Source of the DNA: Candidatus Ratteibacteria bacterium | GTDB lineage: Bacteria > Ratteibacteria > UBA8468 > MWAK01 | Direction of reading: 5' to 3' | DNA length: 64,000 bases | Assembly (NCBI GenBank): GCA_041653615.1 | Contig: JBAZEZ010000005.1 | Coordinates: 23,289 to 87,288 of the forward strand | Shown here: positions 28,767 through 40,506 of the stretch, piece after piece | How the letters are laid out: every line of letters starts with the position of its first letter | Position numbering within the stretch: position 1 is the first letter of the stretch | Position numbers and translations under genes: made by a program | Notes under the pieces: generated by a model | The model's input: only the letters and a program-made list of their open reading frames with translations | Told to the model about the DNA's origin: nothing | The model's database searches: none

Positions 28767-29807
28767 TTAAATCAGTCGGGCAAGTTTTTCCGTTATTGCC
28801 CAGTATGGGTCGGTTTTTGGGTGTTCCAGGTTAAAGGCGTGGTTGCCCGCGGTAATTTTCAGGCCGTCTTCTTGCCCGGTGACTTCGCCGACGATACTGC
28901 TTAAGATGTTGTTTTTCGTAAACGCCGATACCAGCTCTCCGGCTTCTTTGGGGTCCACCACGGCGATGAGCGTGCCCTCGCTGATGGTTGCGAATGGGTC
29001 AATTTGGAAGTGTTCGCAGGTCTTGATGATAACCTCCTGCTTTACGATTAAATCCTGTTCAACCTTTATCCCGTATTTGCCGGCCCGCGCCATTTCATAG
29101 AGGCCTCCCCATATTCCGCACTCGGTGGCATCGTGCATTACCCGCACTCCCGGGAACTCCCGGGCGACGGCGCAGTCGTCCATGACGGACATCTGGAAGA
29201 ATACGTCCTGGGCCTTCTTTTGAAAGTCCGCTCCAAAAGCCGCCTGGAATTTTTCGGGAAAAGAGATGGCCAGCAGCCCGGTTGTTTCAATGGCCGGCCC
29301 CTTGGTTATAATAATCTGGTCGCCAATCTTTACCCGGTGGGGACCGCGCAGTTCCGCTTCGGTTCCCTGGGCGATGGCGGTGGCGCCGCCCACCATCGGA
29401 TAGTTGCAGCCGGCGTAACGGGCGGTGTGGCCGGTGATAATGCTGATGTTGTATTTCTCGGCTTCCCGGTGGACCGATTCCCACATTTCCGTTAACTGCG
29501 CTTCGGTTATTTCCGGCGGAAGATTAAGATCGACGGTAAGGTACCGGGGTTTCAGTCCGGATACGGCGACGTCCGAGCAGATAATGTGAAAAGCAAACCA
29601 GGCCGCCCGGCTGAATCCGTATGCCGGGACGATGAAGAACGGGTCGGTCGAGAACGCGAGGCAGGTATCGCCAATCTTCACCACGCCGTAATCAACGCCG
29701 TGGCGCGGTCCGATGATGACATTTTTATCCTTGGCGCCCAGGCGCGGATAGATAACCCGGTCAAAAAATTCCGGGTGGATTTTCCCGAGTTCCGGCAGTT
29801 TTTCCAT
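28767..29807 (-). CDS. AIR-synthase-related (PurM-like) family protein
   Basis: The PurM-superfamily N-domain pattern DYGVVKIGDTCLAFSTDPF... and a C-domain are present. The specific member was not identified. Confidence 0.45.
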   Translation of the reverse strand: MEKLPELGKIHPEFFDRVIYPRLGAKDKNVIIGPRHGVDYGVVKIGDTCLAFSTDPFFIVPAYGFSRAAWFAFHIICSDVAVSGLKPRYLTVDLNLPPEITEAQLTEMWESVHREAEKYNISIITGHTARYAGCNYPMVGGATAIAQGTEAELRGPHRVKIGDQIIITKGPAIETTGLLAISFPEKFQAAFGADFQKKAQDVFFQMSVMDDCAVAREFPGVRVMHDATECGIWGGLYEMARAGKYGIKVEQDLIVKQEVIIKTCEHFQIDPFATISEGTLIAVVDPKEAGELVSAFTKNNILSSIVGEVTGQEDGLKITAGNHAFNLEHPKTDPYWAITEKLARLI

Positions 29808-29831
29808 AATTTAATTGTATAGGGATTTCTT

Positions 29832-29963
29832 TTGGACGCAGATAAGCGCAGAAATAACAAGATAATGATTAAGAGATAATTTAAGAGTAATTCTTTAGAG
29901 CACTTCTTTAAAGTAATCTTTAATAATCTGTATCTGCGTTTATCTGTGGTAATCTGCGTCCAA
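29832..29963. mobile_element. MITE-like element, family A, copy 3
   Basis: ttggacgcagataagcgcagaaata...ctgtatctgcgtttatctgtggtaatctgcgtccaa. Confidence 0.7.
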
Positions 29964-29972
29964 TGAAGTTAA

Positions 29973-31298
29973 TTATTTCTGACTTTTGCCCAGGGCCTGG
30001 TCAAGGTCCGCGATGATGTCTTCGGTGTTCTCCAATCCCACCGAGAGCCGGACGTAATCTTCGGTAACGCCGGTGCTGACCTGTTCCGCCGGGGTCAGCT
30101 GTTGGTGCGTGGTGCTGGCCGGATGGATAATCAGGGTTTTGGCGTCGCCGATATTGGCCAGGTGCGATATCAGTTTTACCGATTCAATCAATTTACGACC
30201 TGCTTCCTTGCCGCCTTTAATCCCGAACCCGAGGATACCGCCGAAGCCTTCTTTCAGGAAGGTCTTTGCCCTTTCGTGGTCCGGATGCCCGGGAAGTCCG
30301 GGATAATTTACCCAGGAGACGGCCGGATGTTTTTCCAGCCAGGCCGCGCAGGTTAGGGCGTTGATGGAATGCTGGCGCACCCGCAAGGGCAGGGTTTCAA
30401 TTCCCTGGATAATCTGGAAGGAGTTGAAAGGCGAGATACAGGGGCCGAGGTCCCGGAGGAGATTGACCCGCGCTTTAAGAATGTAAGTCAGGCCCGGCGC
30501 CACCGCTTTATCGTGATTGCCGAAGGCCTGCCAGAAAGAGAGGCCGTGGTAAGACGGGTCCGGCTCGGTCAGTTCTGGAAACTTTCCGTTGGCCCAGTTA
30601 AAGGCGCCGCCGTCCACAATGGCGCCGCCGATGCTGGTTCCGTGTCCGCCCAGGAATTTGGTCAGCGAATAAACGATGATGTCCGCGCCCAGGTCAAAAG
30701 GTTTCAGGAGCGGCGGCGGTGAAACGGTGTTGTCGATTATCAGCGGGATGCCCTGTTTGTGGGCGACGGCCGCGATTGCTGGGTAATCGTCAACGTTATT
30801 TTTAGGGTTGCCGATGGATTCCAGGTAAAGGAGCCGGGTATTTTTGTCGATGGCGGCGGCAAAGTTTTTCGGGTCGGCGGAGTCCACGAACCTTACTTCA
30901 ATTCCAAATCGGGCCAGGGTGTAGTGAAAAAGAGTGTAGGTCCCGCCGTAGAGATAACTGGTGGAGACGATATTCTGGCCGGATTTGGTGATGTTAAGTA
31001 TCGCCAGGGTAATTGCCGCCTGGCCGGAAGCAACCGCCAGGCTGCCGGTACCGTTGTCCAGGGCGGCAAGCCGCTTTTCCAGGACGTCGGTGGTCGGGTT
31101 CTGTATTCGGGTATAAATATTACCGAATTCTTTCAGGGCGAAGAGGTCGGCCGCGTGCGCGGTATTTTTAAAGACATAACTGGTTGTCTGGTATATCGGC
31201 ACCGCCCGCGAACCGGTGGTCGGGTCCGGTTCCTGGCCGGCGTGTAAGGCCAGCGTTTCCACTTTCTGTTTTGTTTTACCCCTTCCGTTTTTTTCCAT
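29973..31298 (-). CDS. metY: O-acetylhomoserine/O-acetylserine sulfhydrylase (PLP-dependent, MetY family), paralog 1
   Basis: [28 protein letters not shown] is a canonical Cys/Met-metabolism PLP-enzyme N-terminus. The PLP Lys region [10 protein letters not shown] is present. Confidence 0.85.
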   Translation of the reverse strand: MEKNGRGKTKQKVETLALHAGQEPDPTTGSRAVPIYQTTSYVFKNTAHAADLFALKEFGNIYTRIQNPTTDVLEKRLAALDNGTGSLAVASGQAAITLAILNITKSGQNIVSTSYLYGGTYTLFHYTLARFGIEVRFVDSADPKNFAAAIDKNTRLLYLESIGNPKNNVDDYPAIAAVAHKQGIPLIIDNTVSPPPLLKPFDLGADIIVYSLTKFLGGHGTSIGGAIVDGGAFNWANGKFPELTEPDPSYHGLSFWQAFGNHDKAVAPGLTYILKARVNLLRDLGPCISPFNSFQIIQGIETLPLRVRQHSINALTCAAWLEKHPAVSWVNYPGLPGHPDHERAKTFLKEGFGGILGFGIKGGKEAGRKLIESVKLISHLANIGDAKTLIIHPASTTHQQLTPAEQVSTGVTEDYVRLSVGLENTEDIIADLDQALGKSQK

Positions 31299-31401
31299 GA
31301 AATATATTATAACACCTTCTTACCGGCATTGCGACAGCAAGAATTCGGTAACAAAAAACATATTTTTAATTCTGTGTATTCACCGTAATTTTCGGCGTTG
31401 C

Positions 31402-32337
31402 CTAATCCGCAAATTCCTGGAAGAGCCAGGTGGAAAGGTATCTTTCGCCGGTGTCAGGAAGTACCGCAACAATCGTCTTCCCTTTAGATTCCTTTCTTTT
31501 GGCGATTTCAAGGGCGGCCCACAACGCCGCTCCGCTGGATATGCCGACGAAGATACCTTCTTCGCGTGCCAGCTTCCTGGCTACTATTCCCGCGTTCTCG
31601 TTGCTTACCTGGATAATCTCATCGATGATTGACCGGTTCAGGACGCCTGGTATGAAACCGGCGCCTATCCCTTGGATTTTGTGCGGGCCGGGTTCGCCGC
31701 CGGAGAGCACCGGCGAATCGACCGGCTCAACGGCGACAATCTTTACCGACGGCCTTCTCTTTTTCAATACCTCTCCCACGCCGGTGACCGTCCCGCCGGT
31801 ACCTACGCCGGAGACAAACACGTCTATGTTTCCATCCGTGTCATTCCAGATTTCTTCGGCGGTCGTCTTCCGGTGGATTTCCGGGTTTGCCGGGTTTTCG
31901 AACTGCTGCAGGACGAAACTGTTGGGTGTCGCGGCCTTAAGTTCTTCGGCCTTCTGAACCGCGCCTTTCATGCCTTTCGCGCCTTCGGTCAGCACCAGTT
32001 CCGCACCGAGAATCTTCAGCAGCTGCCTGCGCTCGATGCTCATGGTGTCCGGCATCGTAAGTATCAGACGGTATCCTTTGGCGGCGGCGACGAAGGCAAG
32101 AGATATGCCGGTGTTGCCGCTGGTCGGTTCGATGATGACTGTGTCCTTTTTAAGCAAGCCCTGTTTTTCGGCTGTTTCAATCAGCGCCACGCCGATTCTG
32201 TCTTTTACGCTGGAGAGCGGGTTGAAAGATTCCAGTTTTACCAGTACCGTGGCGTGTAAACCATTCGTCAACCGGTTGATTTTTACCAGCGGTGTTCTTC
32301 CCACCGTTTTGGTTATGTCCGCGTATATTTTGCTCAT
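31402..32337 (-). CDS. cysK: cysteine synthase, paralog 2
   Basis: [23 protein letters not shown]... is a paralog of 17696-18628. The start is set at the ATG preceded by AAAGGAG; the longer ORF-track N-terminus is rejected. Confidence 0.85.
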   Translation of the reverse strand: MSKIYADITKTVGRTPLVKINRLTNGLHATVLVKLESFNPLSSVKDRIGVALIETAEKQGLLKKDTVIIEPTSGNTGISLAFVAAAKGYRLILTMPDTMSIERRQLLKILGAELVLTEGAKGMKGAVQKAEELKAATPNSFVLQQFENPANPEIHRKTTAEEIWNDTDGNIDVFVSGVGTGGTVTGVGEVLKKRRPSVKIVAVEPVDSPVLSGGEPGPHKIQGIGAGFIPGVLNRSIIDEIIQVSNENAGIVARKLAREEGIFVGISSGAALWAALEIAKRKESKGKTIVAVLPDTGERYLSTWLFQEFAD

Positions 32338-32350
32338 GTTTTCTCCTTTG

Positions 32351-32424
32351 CCGCGCCGTAGCATGGACGCCTCGGGGCGGCGAAGCCGCCGGGAAACGAG
32401 GCGTCCGCATTGCGAAGGCGGGCT
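32351..32424 (-). promoter_or_regulatory. conserved structured 5'-leader motif (copy C) upstream of the cysK2 SD, flanked by 16-nt direct repeats
   Basis: The mRNA sense reads CCCGCCUUCGCAAUGCGGACGCCUCG-uuucccg-GCGGCUUCGCCGCC-CCGAGGCGUCCAUGCUACGG. The flanks CUAUGGCGCGGCAAAG / CUACGGCGCGGCAAAG are direct repeats. Confidence 0.55.
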
Positions 32425-32467
32425 TTGCCGCGCCATAGTTATTATACATAGGCGGGCTTTTTTGTTT

Positions 32468-34689
<2,222 letters not shown>

Positions 34690-34796
34690 TCAAATCTCCT
34701 GAGGTTGCGCCTGATCTTCCAGTCGTTTGGTCATCTCGGCTTTTGTTCTCTTTTTGTTTTTCCGGTGGTCCGGTGCAGTCAAACACTATTTTTGGA

Positions 34797-34979
34797 TTAG
34801 ATACCACCTCCTTTCTCAATCAGCCAGGCGCTTTCATAACGTTCCTTTTCCGCTATTTCCGTCTGGACTATTCTGGAATTGTGGACCGTAATTGTAATTG
34901 AACCGTATTTAATACTTAGTATTTTTTTGGCGATATCGCTTACAATCGATTCGTTTATGCTTTTTTTGTTCTCTTCCAT
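34797..34979 (-). CDS. DUF2292 (YezD-like) small protein
   Basis: YGSITITVHNSRIVQTEIAEKERY resembles the YezD pattern (G.V.I.VHDG.V.QI...EK.R). Confidence 0.45.
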   Translation of the reverse strand: MEENKKSINESIVSDIAKKILSIKYGSITITVHNSRIVQTEIAEKERYESAWLIEKGGGI

Positions 34980-35027
34980 GCACTCTCCTTCGGTCGCCAT
35001 AGCCCTGCGCTGCGGCGACCTTGAAAT

Positions 35028-35068
35028 AAAAAAGCCCGTTACCTTTTTTGTCTGGTAACGGGCTTTTT
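35028..35068. terminator. bidirectional intrinsic terminator
   Basis: AAAAAAGCCCGTTACC-ttttttgtctG-GTAACGGGCTTTTT has a perfect 11-bp stem with A/T tracts on both sides. Confidence 0.7.
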
Positions 35069-35337
35069 AAATCTTTCTTTTTGAAGAATCCAATGTTACA
35101 TAAATTGGCTTCTCCTCGTTACCAGCGAGAATTTCCGCATACAGCAACACATGACCATGCGGACTTTCTGCTGGCGGATGATGTAGTCCTTTTCAGGACT
35201 GATTCCTTTTTCCGTTTTTTGATTTATCTTTATCATTTTGATGATTGATTACTATTCTAATGATTTTGGTAATATTATAATCTTACAAAACAAATCTTGT
35301 CAAGTCTTTTTCTTAAATCAATGGTTTTAGTTCAAAT

Positions 35338-35814
35338 TTATCCAGCCAGTTTCTTTGCCAGCCGCGCAATACGGTCGCCCAACGCTAGACACTGTTCTTT
35401 CGCCCGCTGGTCCGGCATGCCGATCGCCACCGGTCCGTAATGATCCCCGCCGTAAGAACCCTGGACAACCATTCCGTGAATAAGCATCGCCTCCAGAATA
35501 CTTAGAATGGTTGTTTCGTTGCCGCCGCCGATGTTGGCTGCGGAACTGAAAGCGCTGCCGACTTTTCCCTCTAGTTTTCCGTGGAACTTCACGCTCTCGT
35601 CCAGGAGTTTCTTTACTTCCCAGGCAAGCGTACCGTAGTAGGTGGGCGAACCGATAATGATGCCGTCGTAACCAAGCAGGTCTTCTGGCTTGACCTCGGC
35701 AACTTCCTTCAGGTTAACCTCGGCGCTTTTGTCTTTGGCTCCCCGCGCCACCATCTCCGCCATCTTTTTGGTATTTCCGCTCCGGGAGTAATAGATCACC
35801 AGTATTTTAGCCAT
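35338..35814 (-). CDS. flavodoxin-like NAD(P)H:quinone oxidoreductase (WrbA-type)
   Basis: MAKILVIYYSRSGNTKKMAE is an FMN-binding start. ...IIGSPTYYG... is a WrbA pattern. Confidence 0.7.
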   Translation of the reverse strand: MAKILVIYYSRSGNTKKMAEMVARGAKDKSAEVNLKEVAEVKPEDLLGYDGIIIGSPTYYGTLAWEVKKLLDESVKFHGKLEGKVGSAFSSAANIGGGNETTILSILEAMLIHGMVVQGSYGGDHYGPVAIGMPDQRAKEQCLALGDRIARLAKKLAG

Positions 35815-35839
35815 TATTCACCTCTTAAGTAGTCAGAAA

Positions 35840-36649
35840 TCATTTTGGTTTAGACCCAAAAACCTTTATACTTACAACCGAACCTGCAATTTCTCTTAAC
35901 TTTTCGGCTGGTATGTTTAAATCTTCAATGACCGCTTTTGCGGTTGGGTCGTTAGCCATAAATTCAACCGGAAATGCCGCTTCTTCGAGTATCCGTACCT
36001 CCTGAAATCCCGCCGCCCTTATTGTTCTCAAGTATTCGTCTTTCTTTGTCGTTCCGGCAAGACAGCCGACATACGCCTGAATAGAATTTTTGAGGCAACC
36101 TGGGAGTTCCTTTACCAAAACAAGGTCGGAAACCATCAATTGACCTCCCGGTTTCAGAACCCGGAATGCCTCCCGGAAGACTTTTTTCTTATCCGGCGAC
36201 AGGTTTATAACGCAGTTTGAAATAACCATATCAACGGAATTTTCAGCAACAGGCAGGCTCTCAATTTCCCCGAGCCTGAACTCAACATTTCCGTAGCTGC
36301 CTTTCTTAGCGTTCTCTCTCGCTTTTTCAATCATCTCCGGCGTCATATCCACACCGATGACCTTGCCGCTTTTGCCGACTTTTTTGGCGGCAAGGAAAGA
36401 ATCGAAGCCCGCACCCGAACCAAGGTCAAGGACGGTTTCGCCCTCTTTTAGGGAAGCGAACGCGAGCGGATTACCGCATCCAAGGTTCAGGTTTGCGCCT
36501 TCAGGAACCGCCCCAATCTCTTCCTGGGTGTACCCGATTTTTTTGCTGATGTTTTCGGTAGAGTATCCGGGCGAATAACAAGAACTGATTTTCTTGGCTA
36601 TTCCGGCGTAGCCTTTTCTTACCGCTTTCTTTATCTCTTTCTCATCCAT
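35840..36649 (-). CDS. arsM: arsenite S-adenosylmethionine methyltransferase-like protein
   Basis: VLDLGSGAGFD is SAM motif I. ...VISNCVINLSPDKKKVFREAFRVLKPGGQL resembles ArsM, including the conserved Cys residues. Confidence 0.65.
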   Translation of the reverse strand: MDEKEIKKAVRKGYAGIAKKISSCYSPGYSTENISKKIGYTQEEIGAVPEGANLNLGCGNPLAFASLKEGETVLDLGSGAGFDSFLAAKKVGKSGKVIGVDMTPEMIEKARENAKKGSYGNVEFRLGEIESLPVAENSVDMVISNCVINLSPDKKKVFREAFRVLKPGGQLMVSDLVLVKELPGCLKNSIQAYVGCLAGTTKKDEYLRTIRAAGFQEVRILEEAAFPVEFMANDPTAKAVIEDLNIPAEKLREIAGSVVSIKVFGSKPK

Positions 36650-36664
36650 TTGCTGCCTCCATAG

Positions 36665-36943
36665 TTATTTCTTCAATATTTCTCCCATGATCGGCCCGAG
36701 CATCTCTTCTACCATGCCGGCAAGGCTCTCGGCTTTAATTAAAGAGATGCAGCAAGTTTTTTCTTTTCCCCAGCTTACAATCGCCAACTTATCACCCGGC
36801 CGAATGCCCGCCTTATCTCTGATTTCTTTGGGGAGCACCATCTGTCCCCGTTTGTCAACGCTAATCAGCGATTCAACCTTGCAGCAACCCAATTCTTTGC
36901 CCAGCAGTGCACAACCCGAGTTTTTCTTTTTTTGCTTAGCCAT
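36665..36943 (-). CDS. AbrB/MazE/SpoVT-family DNA-binding protein with Cys clusters
   Basis: VDKRGQMVLPKEIRDKAGIRPGDKL is a swapped-hairpin AbrB domain. Unusual CALLGKELGCC and CC motifs are also present. Confidence 0.55.
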   Translation of the reverse strand: MAKQKKKNSGCALLGKELGCCKVESLISVDKRGQMVLPKEIRDKAGIRPGDKLAIVSWGKEKTCCISLIKAESLAGMVEEMLGPIMGEILKK

Positions 36944-37107
36944 TTACGCCTCCCTTTTTTATCAGCATAAGCTGATTATTCATAATATTCTGCTTATACT
37001 GAAATTGTAGCATCATCTGAAATACGCTGTCAAGTTTTGTTATTGTGCGACGTGGCAGCGCCCGGAAACTTATGCGCGATTTGCCGGGCGCTGCAACTGG
37101 AGGGGTG

Positions 37108-37881
37108 TTACTTTGATAGTTTCCGTTTTATTTCCTGAGCGGCTTTCCTACCCGAAAACAACATTCCCCCGAAAGTAGGTCCCATACGCGGTATGCCGTA
37201 TACGGAAGCCGCCGCCATTCCGACCGCAAAGAGACCGGGGTGTATTTCGCCTGTTTTTTCCACGACGAGGTTCTCTGAGGTGTTGACATCCATCGGGCCG
37301 TAACCTTGTAGTTTCAGCAAACCTCTTTTTTCCAGGCTTTTGGCTACCCAGGCGTCATGGCCGGTGGCATCGATTACGACTTTTGTTTCCAGGGCGATGG
37401 GGTCGACGCAGGTGATTTGCCTGGGCAGGGCGGAAACCGGAGCCCAGTTAATTACCGCTCCTTCCACCTGGTTGTTGCGGTAAACCACATCGTCAAATTT
37501 GGTGAGGTTCAGAATTCTGGCCCCGGAATCGCAGGCGGCGGAGATGAGTTTTGAACAGGCGGTTGGACCGTCCGCGGTAAACAGGCCGTCCGTTGCTTTT
37601 TTGTAAGGTATCTTTAACTCGTCAAGAAACTTATCGGCCGGGGCCCGGAAGGTCAGTGTATTCATGAAATAACCGCCGACCCAAAAACCCCCTCCGATGT
37701 AGTTGTTACTCTCAATCACCAATGTTTTCAGTCCGGCGTTTGCCAGGTCGCGCGCCGCTATCAGTCCGCTCGGTCCACCCCCAACTACGATGACGTCCGA
37801 AACGATATACTCGTCAAACCACCGGCTGAATTCTTTGACAATCGCCCGGCTTACCTGCGCCTCCGTTATCTTGCTGAACAT
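37108..37881 (-). CDS. thi4: Thi4-family thiazole synthase, paralog 2
   Basis: VIVVGGGPSGLIAARDLANAG ... VIDATGHDAWV ... GMAAASVYGIPRMGPTFGGM. The start is MFSKIT, preceded by GAAGGAGGAAG. Confidence 0.85.
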   Translation of the reverse strand: MFSKITEAQVSRAIVKEFSRWFDEYIVSDVIVVGGGPSGLIAARDLANAGLKTLVIESNNYIGGGFWVGGYFMNTLTFRAPADKFLDELKIPYKKATDGLFTADGPTACSKLISAACDSGARILNLTKFDDVVYRNNQVEGAVINWAPVSALPRQITCVDPIALETKVVIDATGHDAWVAKSLEKRGLLKLQGYGPMDVNTSENLVVEKTGEIHPGLFAVGMAAASVYGIPRMGPTFGGMLFSGRKAAQEIKRKLSK

Positions 37882-37895
37882 CTTCCTCCTTCGTC

Positions 37896-37966
37896 CGCCG
37901 TAGCAAGGATGCCTCGTAGCGGCAGAGCCGCTTGGAACGAGGCATCCGTATTGCGAAGGCGGGCCT
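37896..37966 (-). promoter_or_regulatory. conserved structured 5'-leader motif (copy D) between the TPP-riboswitch terminator and the thi4-2 SD
   Basis: The mRNA sense reads CCCGCCUUCGCAAUACGGAUGCCUCGU-uccaAGCGGCUCUGCCGCU-ACGAGGCAUCCUUGCUACGGCGG-ACGAAGGAGG-AUG. Confidence 0.55.
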
Positions 37967-37996
37967 TTTGACCTGAAGAGGATAAATCGCGGAGGC

Positions 37997-38045
37997 AATA
38001 AAAAACCCCTTAGGCAGGCGGTATCGCATGCAATAAGGGGTGTCC
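37997..38045 (-). terminator. intrinsic terminator of the second TPP riboswitch
   Basis: The mRNA sense reads GGACACCCCUUAUUGCAUGCGAUACCGCCUGCCUAAGGGGUUUUUUAUU. Confidence 0.6.
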
Positions 38046-38057
38046 AGGTTCATGCTT

Positions 38058-38146
38058 CTTCCCTCCGCTGGTATTACCCAGATCAGGTTCTGCGGGTTAT
38101 CTGTTTACTTCTCAGAACTCTCAGGCCGCTCTTACGACCTCCCCGT
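38058..38146 (-). ncRNA. TPP (THI-box) riboswitch aptamer, second copy
   Basis: The reverse complement reads ACGGGGAGGUCGUAAGAGCGGCCUGAGAG...AACCUGAUCUGGGUAAUACCAGCGGAGGGAAG, roughly 85% identical to 7170-7257. Confidence 0.85.
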
Positions 38147-38203
38147 TTAATTATTGATAATATTAAAGCATACCTGCGCTGTTACTGTCAAAATTTTGCA
38201 GCG

Positions 38204-38854
38204 TTAGAACGAGTACGAAAGGCCGATGGTTATCACCGGATAGAGCTGGAACTGGTCGGCGTCGTCCTTGTATGTTTTTATTTGTTCCGCGATGTTGTTG
38301 TCCAGTTCCGTTTGCAGAAGGGGGTCGCTCGCGGTGGCGCGGAGACTGACGTCCGGCGAACCGACGTAGGCAACACCGAGGTCTGCGGAAAAATACCAGT
38401 GCGAAGAGGCGTGAACGGCGTTGCCCCACCCGATTCCAATATAAGGGCCGACCGTGTTGTCGAAATCAATCTTGCCGCGGATGTCAGTGACGGCGTAATC
38501 AACGTCGTTAATAGTCACGGTCTTGTTCTGGTCTGAGATTTTCAGATAATTGTCGGTGAACATCACGCCGCCCGAAACACGGAAGCCGCTGTCTTTAAAA
38601 GGATGCCAGTCGAGCAGTATCGGGACATTGAGCAGGTTAATGTCGGCGTCCGCTTCGTTGATGTCCTGAGTTGTATTAAAAGCGCTGACCCCGGCACGCA
38701 GGTTGAGATTATCGTTCAGCTTGAACGTTAAGTCACCGCCCGCGCCGGTTGTTCCGCCTTTGAGCGTTAAGCCGACCCCGGCCTGCGCGATGGAACCCAA
38801 CCCTAAGATTACCGCAAAACCCGCCACCGCCGCGCACAAATTCCTCACTCTTTT
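38204..38854 (-). CDS. small outer-membrane beta-barrel protein (OmpA-like 8-strand/OmpW-type), unknown family
   Basis: The signal peptide MKRVRNLCAAVAGFAVILGLGSIAQA is followed by alternating strands and a C-terminal ...IGLSYSF. The start is set at MKRVRN. Confidence 0.5.
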   Translation of the reverse strand, partial: KRVRNLCAAVAGFAVILGLGSIAQAGVGLTLKGGTTGAGGDLTFKLNDNLNLRAGVSAFNTTQDINEADADINLLNVPILLDWHPFKDSGFRVSGGVMFTDNYLKISDQNKTVTINDVDYAVTDIRGKIDFDNTVGPYIGIGWGNAVHASSHWYFSADLGVAYVGSPDVSLRATASDPLLQTELDNNIAEQIKTYKDDADQFQLYPVITIGLSYSF

Positions 38855-39032
38855 CATTTGGCCTCCCGGCATAAAATGCTGTTTAGTACTGCGCATTCGT
38901 TTCTTATTTATCATATTATACTTCAAGGCATGTGTCTGTCAACTAAAAAGTTCCAAAACTATCATTTTTCACCCGGAAACTCTAGTTTTTAAAACAAGCC
39001 AAATAACGAAAACGATTTGACGTTCCCGCCGT

Positions 39033-39737
39033 TTGACTGATAACATATTTTCGCGAATGGCAGAAAACCGGAAGTTAATGATAAGGGACTTGGCCAGGGT
39101 GGAGAGGCCCCGGGAGAAATTAATTAAGTATGGTCCGGCGCGTCTTTCCAACCGGGAATTGCTGGCTATTATTTTAAGGACCGGCGGCAAGAACGAAAAC
39201 GCGCTTGATTTGGCCGGCCGGGTACTCCGGAATTGTAAATCCGAGGGATTGTCTTTTGCGTCTTACGCTGAAATTCGGAAAATTTCCGGCATCGGACCGG
39301 CCAAGGCGTGCGAGATTCTGGCCTGTTTTGAACTGGGCCGGCGCTTCTTAAAGGGGAAAATTTCCAGCCTGTTCCTGAAACCGGAGGACGTCTGGAAAGA
39401 ACTGAAAGACATAAGAGGATTAAAAAAGGAGCATTTTGTCATTTTTTATCTGGACAGCCGCAACCAGGAGATAAAACGGGAGATTATTTCCGTGGGTTCG
39501 CTCAATGCCAGCCTGGTTCATCCGCGGGAAGTTTTTGAACCGGCGGTGAGCAGTCATGCCGCTCAGGTTATTATGGCGCATAATCATCCCTCCGGAAACC
39601 CGGAGCCGTCCCGGGACGACCTGGAGATTAACCGGAGATTGGTGGAGGCCGGAAAGATTTTGGGCATAGAAGTGATAGACCACATAATCGTGACCGCAAC
39701 CGGCTACTTGAGCTTTAAAGAAAAAGCTTTGATTTAA
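39033..39737 (+). CDS. radC: RadC-family JAB/MPN domain protein
   Basis: An HhH N-domain is followed by HNHPSGNPEPSRDDLEINRRL, the JAMM motif. Confidence 0.85.
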   Translation: MTDNIFSRMAENRKLMIRDLARVERPREKLIKYGPARLSNRELLAIILRTGGKNENALDLAGRVLRNCKSEGLSFASYAEIRKISGIGPAKACEILACFELGRRFLKGKISSLFLKPEDVWKELKDIRGLKKEHFVIFYLDSRNQEIKREIISVGSLNASLVHPREVFEPAVSSHAAQVIMAHNHPSGNPEPSRDDLEINRRLVEAGKILGIEVIDHIIVTATGYLSFKEKALI

Positions 39738-39738
39738 A

Positions 39739-40413
39739 ATGGCTGCTTCCGCGAACCAATCTTTTTTGGTCAGGGGTTTTGAACCGGCGGACCGGACCAG
39801 GATAAGAGCGATTAGTTGCGCAACCGCGTTTCACGGAGTGCTGCCGGAGCGTACCTGCCGGGTTGATTGCCGTCTTCTGGCCGACCTGCTGACCCGTTAT
39901 TACACCGATTGTGAGCCGGAATCTATTCTGGTGGCAGAATCCGGGGGCAGGGTAGTGGGCTATATAATGGGAGCGGTCAGCACCAGAAGTTTTTCCCGCG
40001 CGATGCTCCGGTTGGTTCTGTTCAAGACAATTCCGGGAATTTTGCTCGGCCGCTACCGGATAAACAGCCAGGGACTGGTCATTTTGGCGGTTCTGCTGGC
40101 CGGTACGGTAAAAGGAGAACGCGACCCGGATTTGGAAGAAGAATACCCGGCCCATTTGCATATTAACATTGACGATGAATGCCGGCAGGCTGGTTTGGGT
40201 TCAAAACTCATGACCGCCTGGTTCCAACGTCTTAAGGAAAAACAGATTAAAGGCGCGCATCTTAGCACGAATTCCGCCAACGAAGGAGCCATCAGGTTCT
40301 TTCGGCGTTTTGGTTTTCAGCGGTGTCATCGCCGGCGCTCCACCTTTTGGAGCTTTGCTTACGGCCGGCCGGTGTATGTTGAAATTTTCGCCCGGAAGAC
40401 ATTTTCCGTTTAG
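39739..40413 (+). CDS. GNAT-family N-acetyltransferase
   Basis: ...HLHINIDDECRQAGLGSKLMTAWFQRLKEKQIKGAHLSTNSANEGAIRFFRRFGFQ is acetyl-CoA binding motif A-like (Q/RxxGxG/A). Confidence 0.55.
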   Translation: MAASANQSFLVRGFEPADRTRIRAISCATAFHGVLPERTCRVDCRLLADLLTRYYTDCEPESILVAESGGRVVGYIMGAVSTRSFSRAMLRLVLFKTIPGILLGRYRINSQGLVILAVLLAGTVKGERDPDLEEEYPAHLHINIDDECRQAGLGSKLMTAWFQRLKEKQIKGAHLSTNSANEGAIRFFRRFGFQRCHRRRSTFWSFAYGRPVYVEIFARKTFSV

Positions 40414-40506
40414 TCCGCAATCTTTTTTCCGATTTTATTTTGGCTGCGATTTGACAGTGTACCAACCAGACGGTATAATATGTTTCAATAATCAAGCGAA
40501 ACATTT

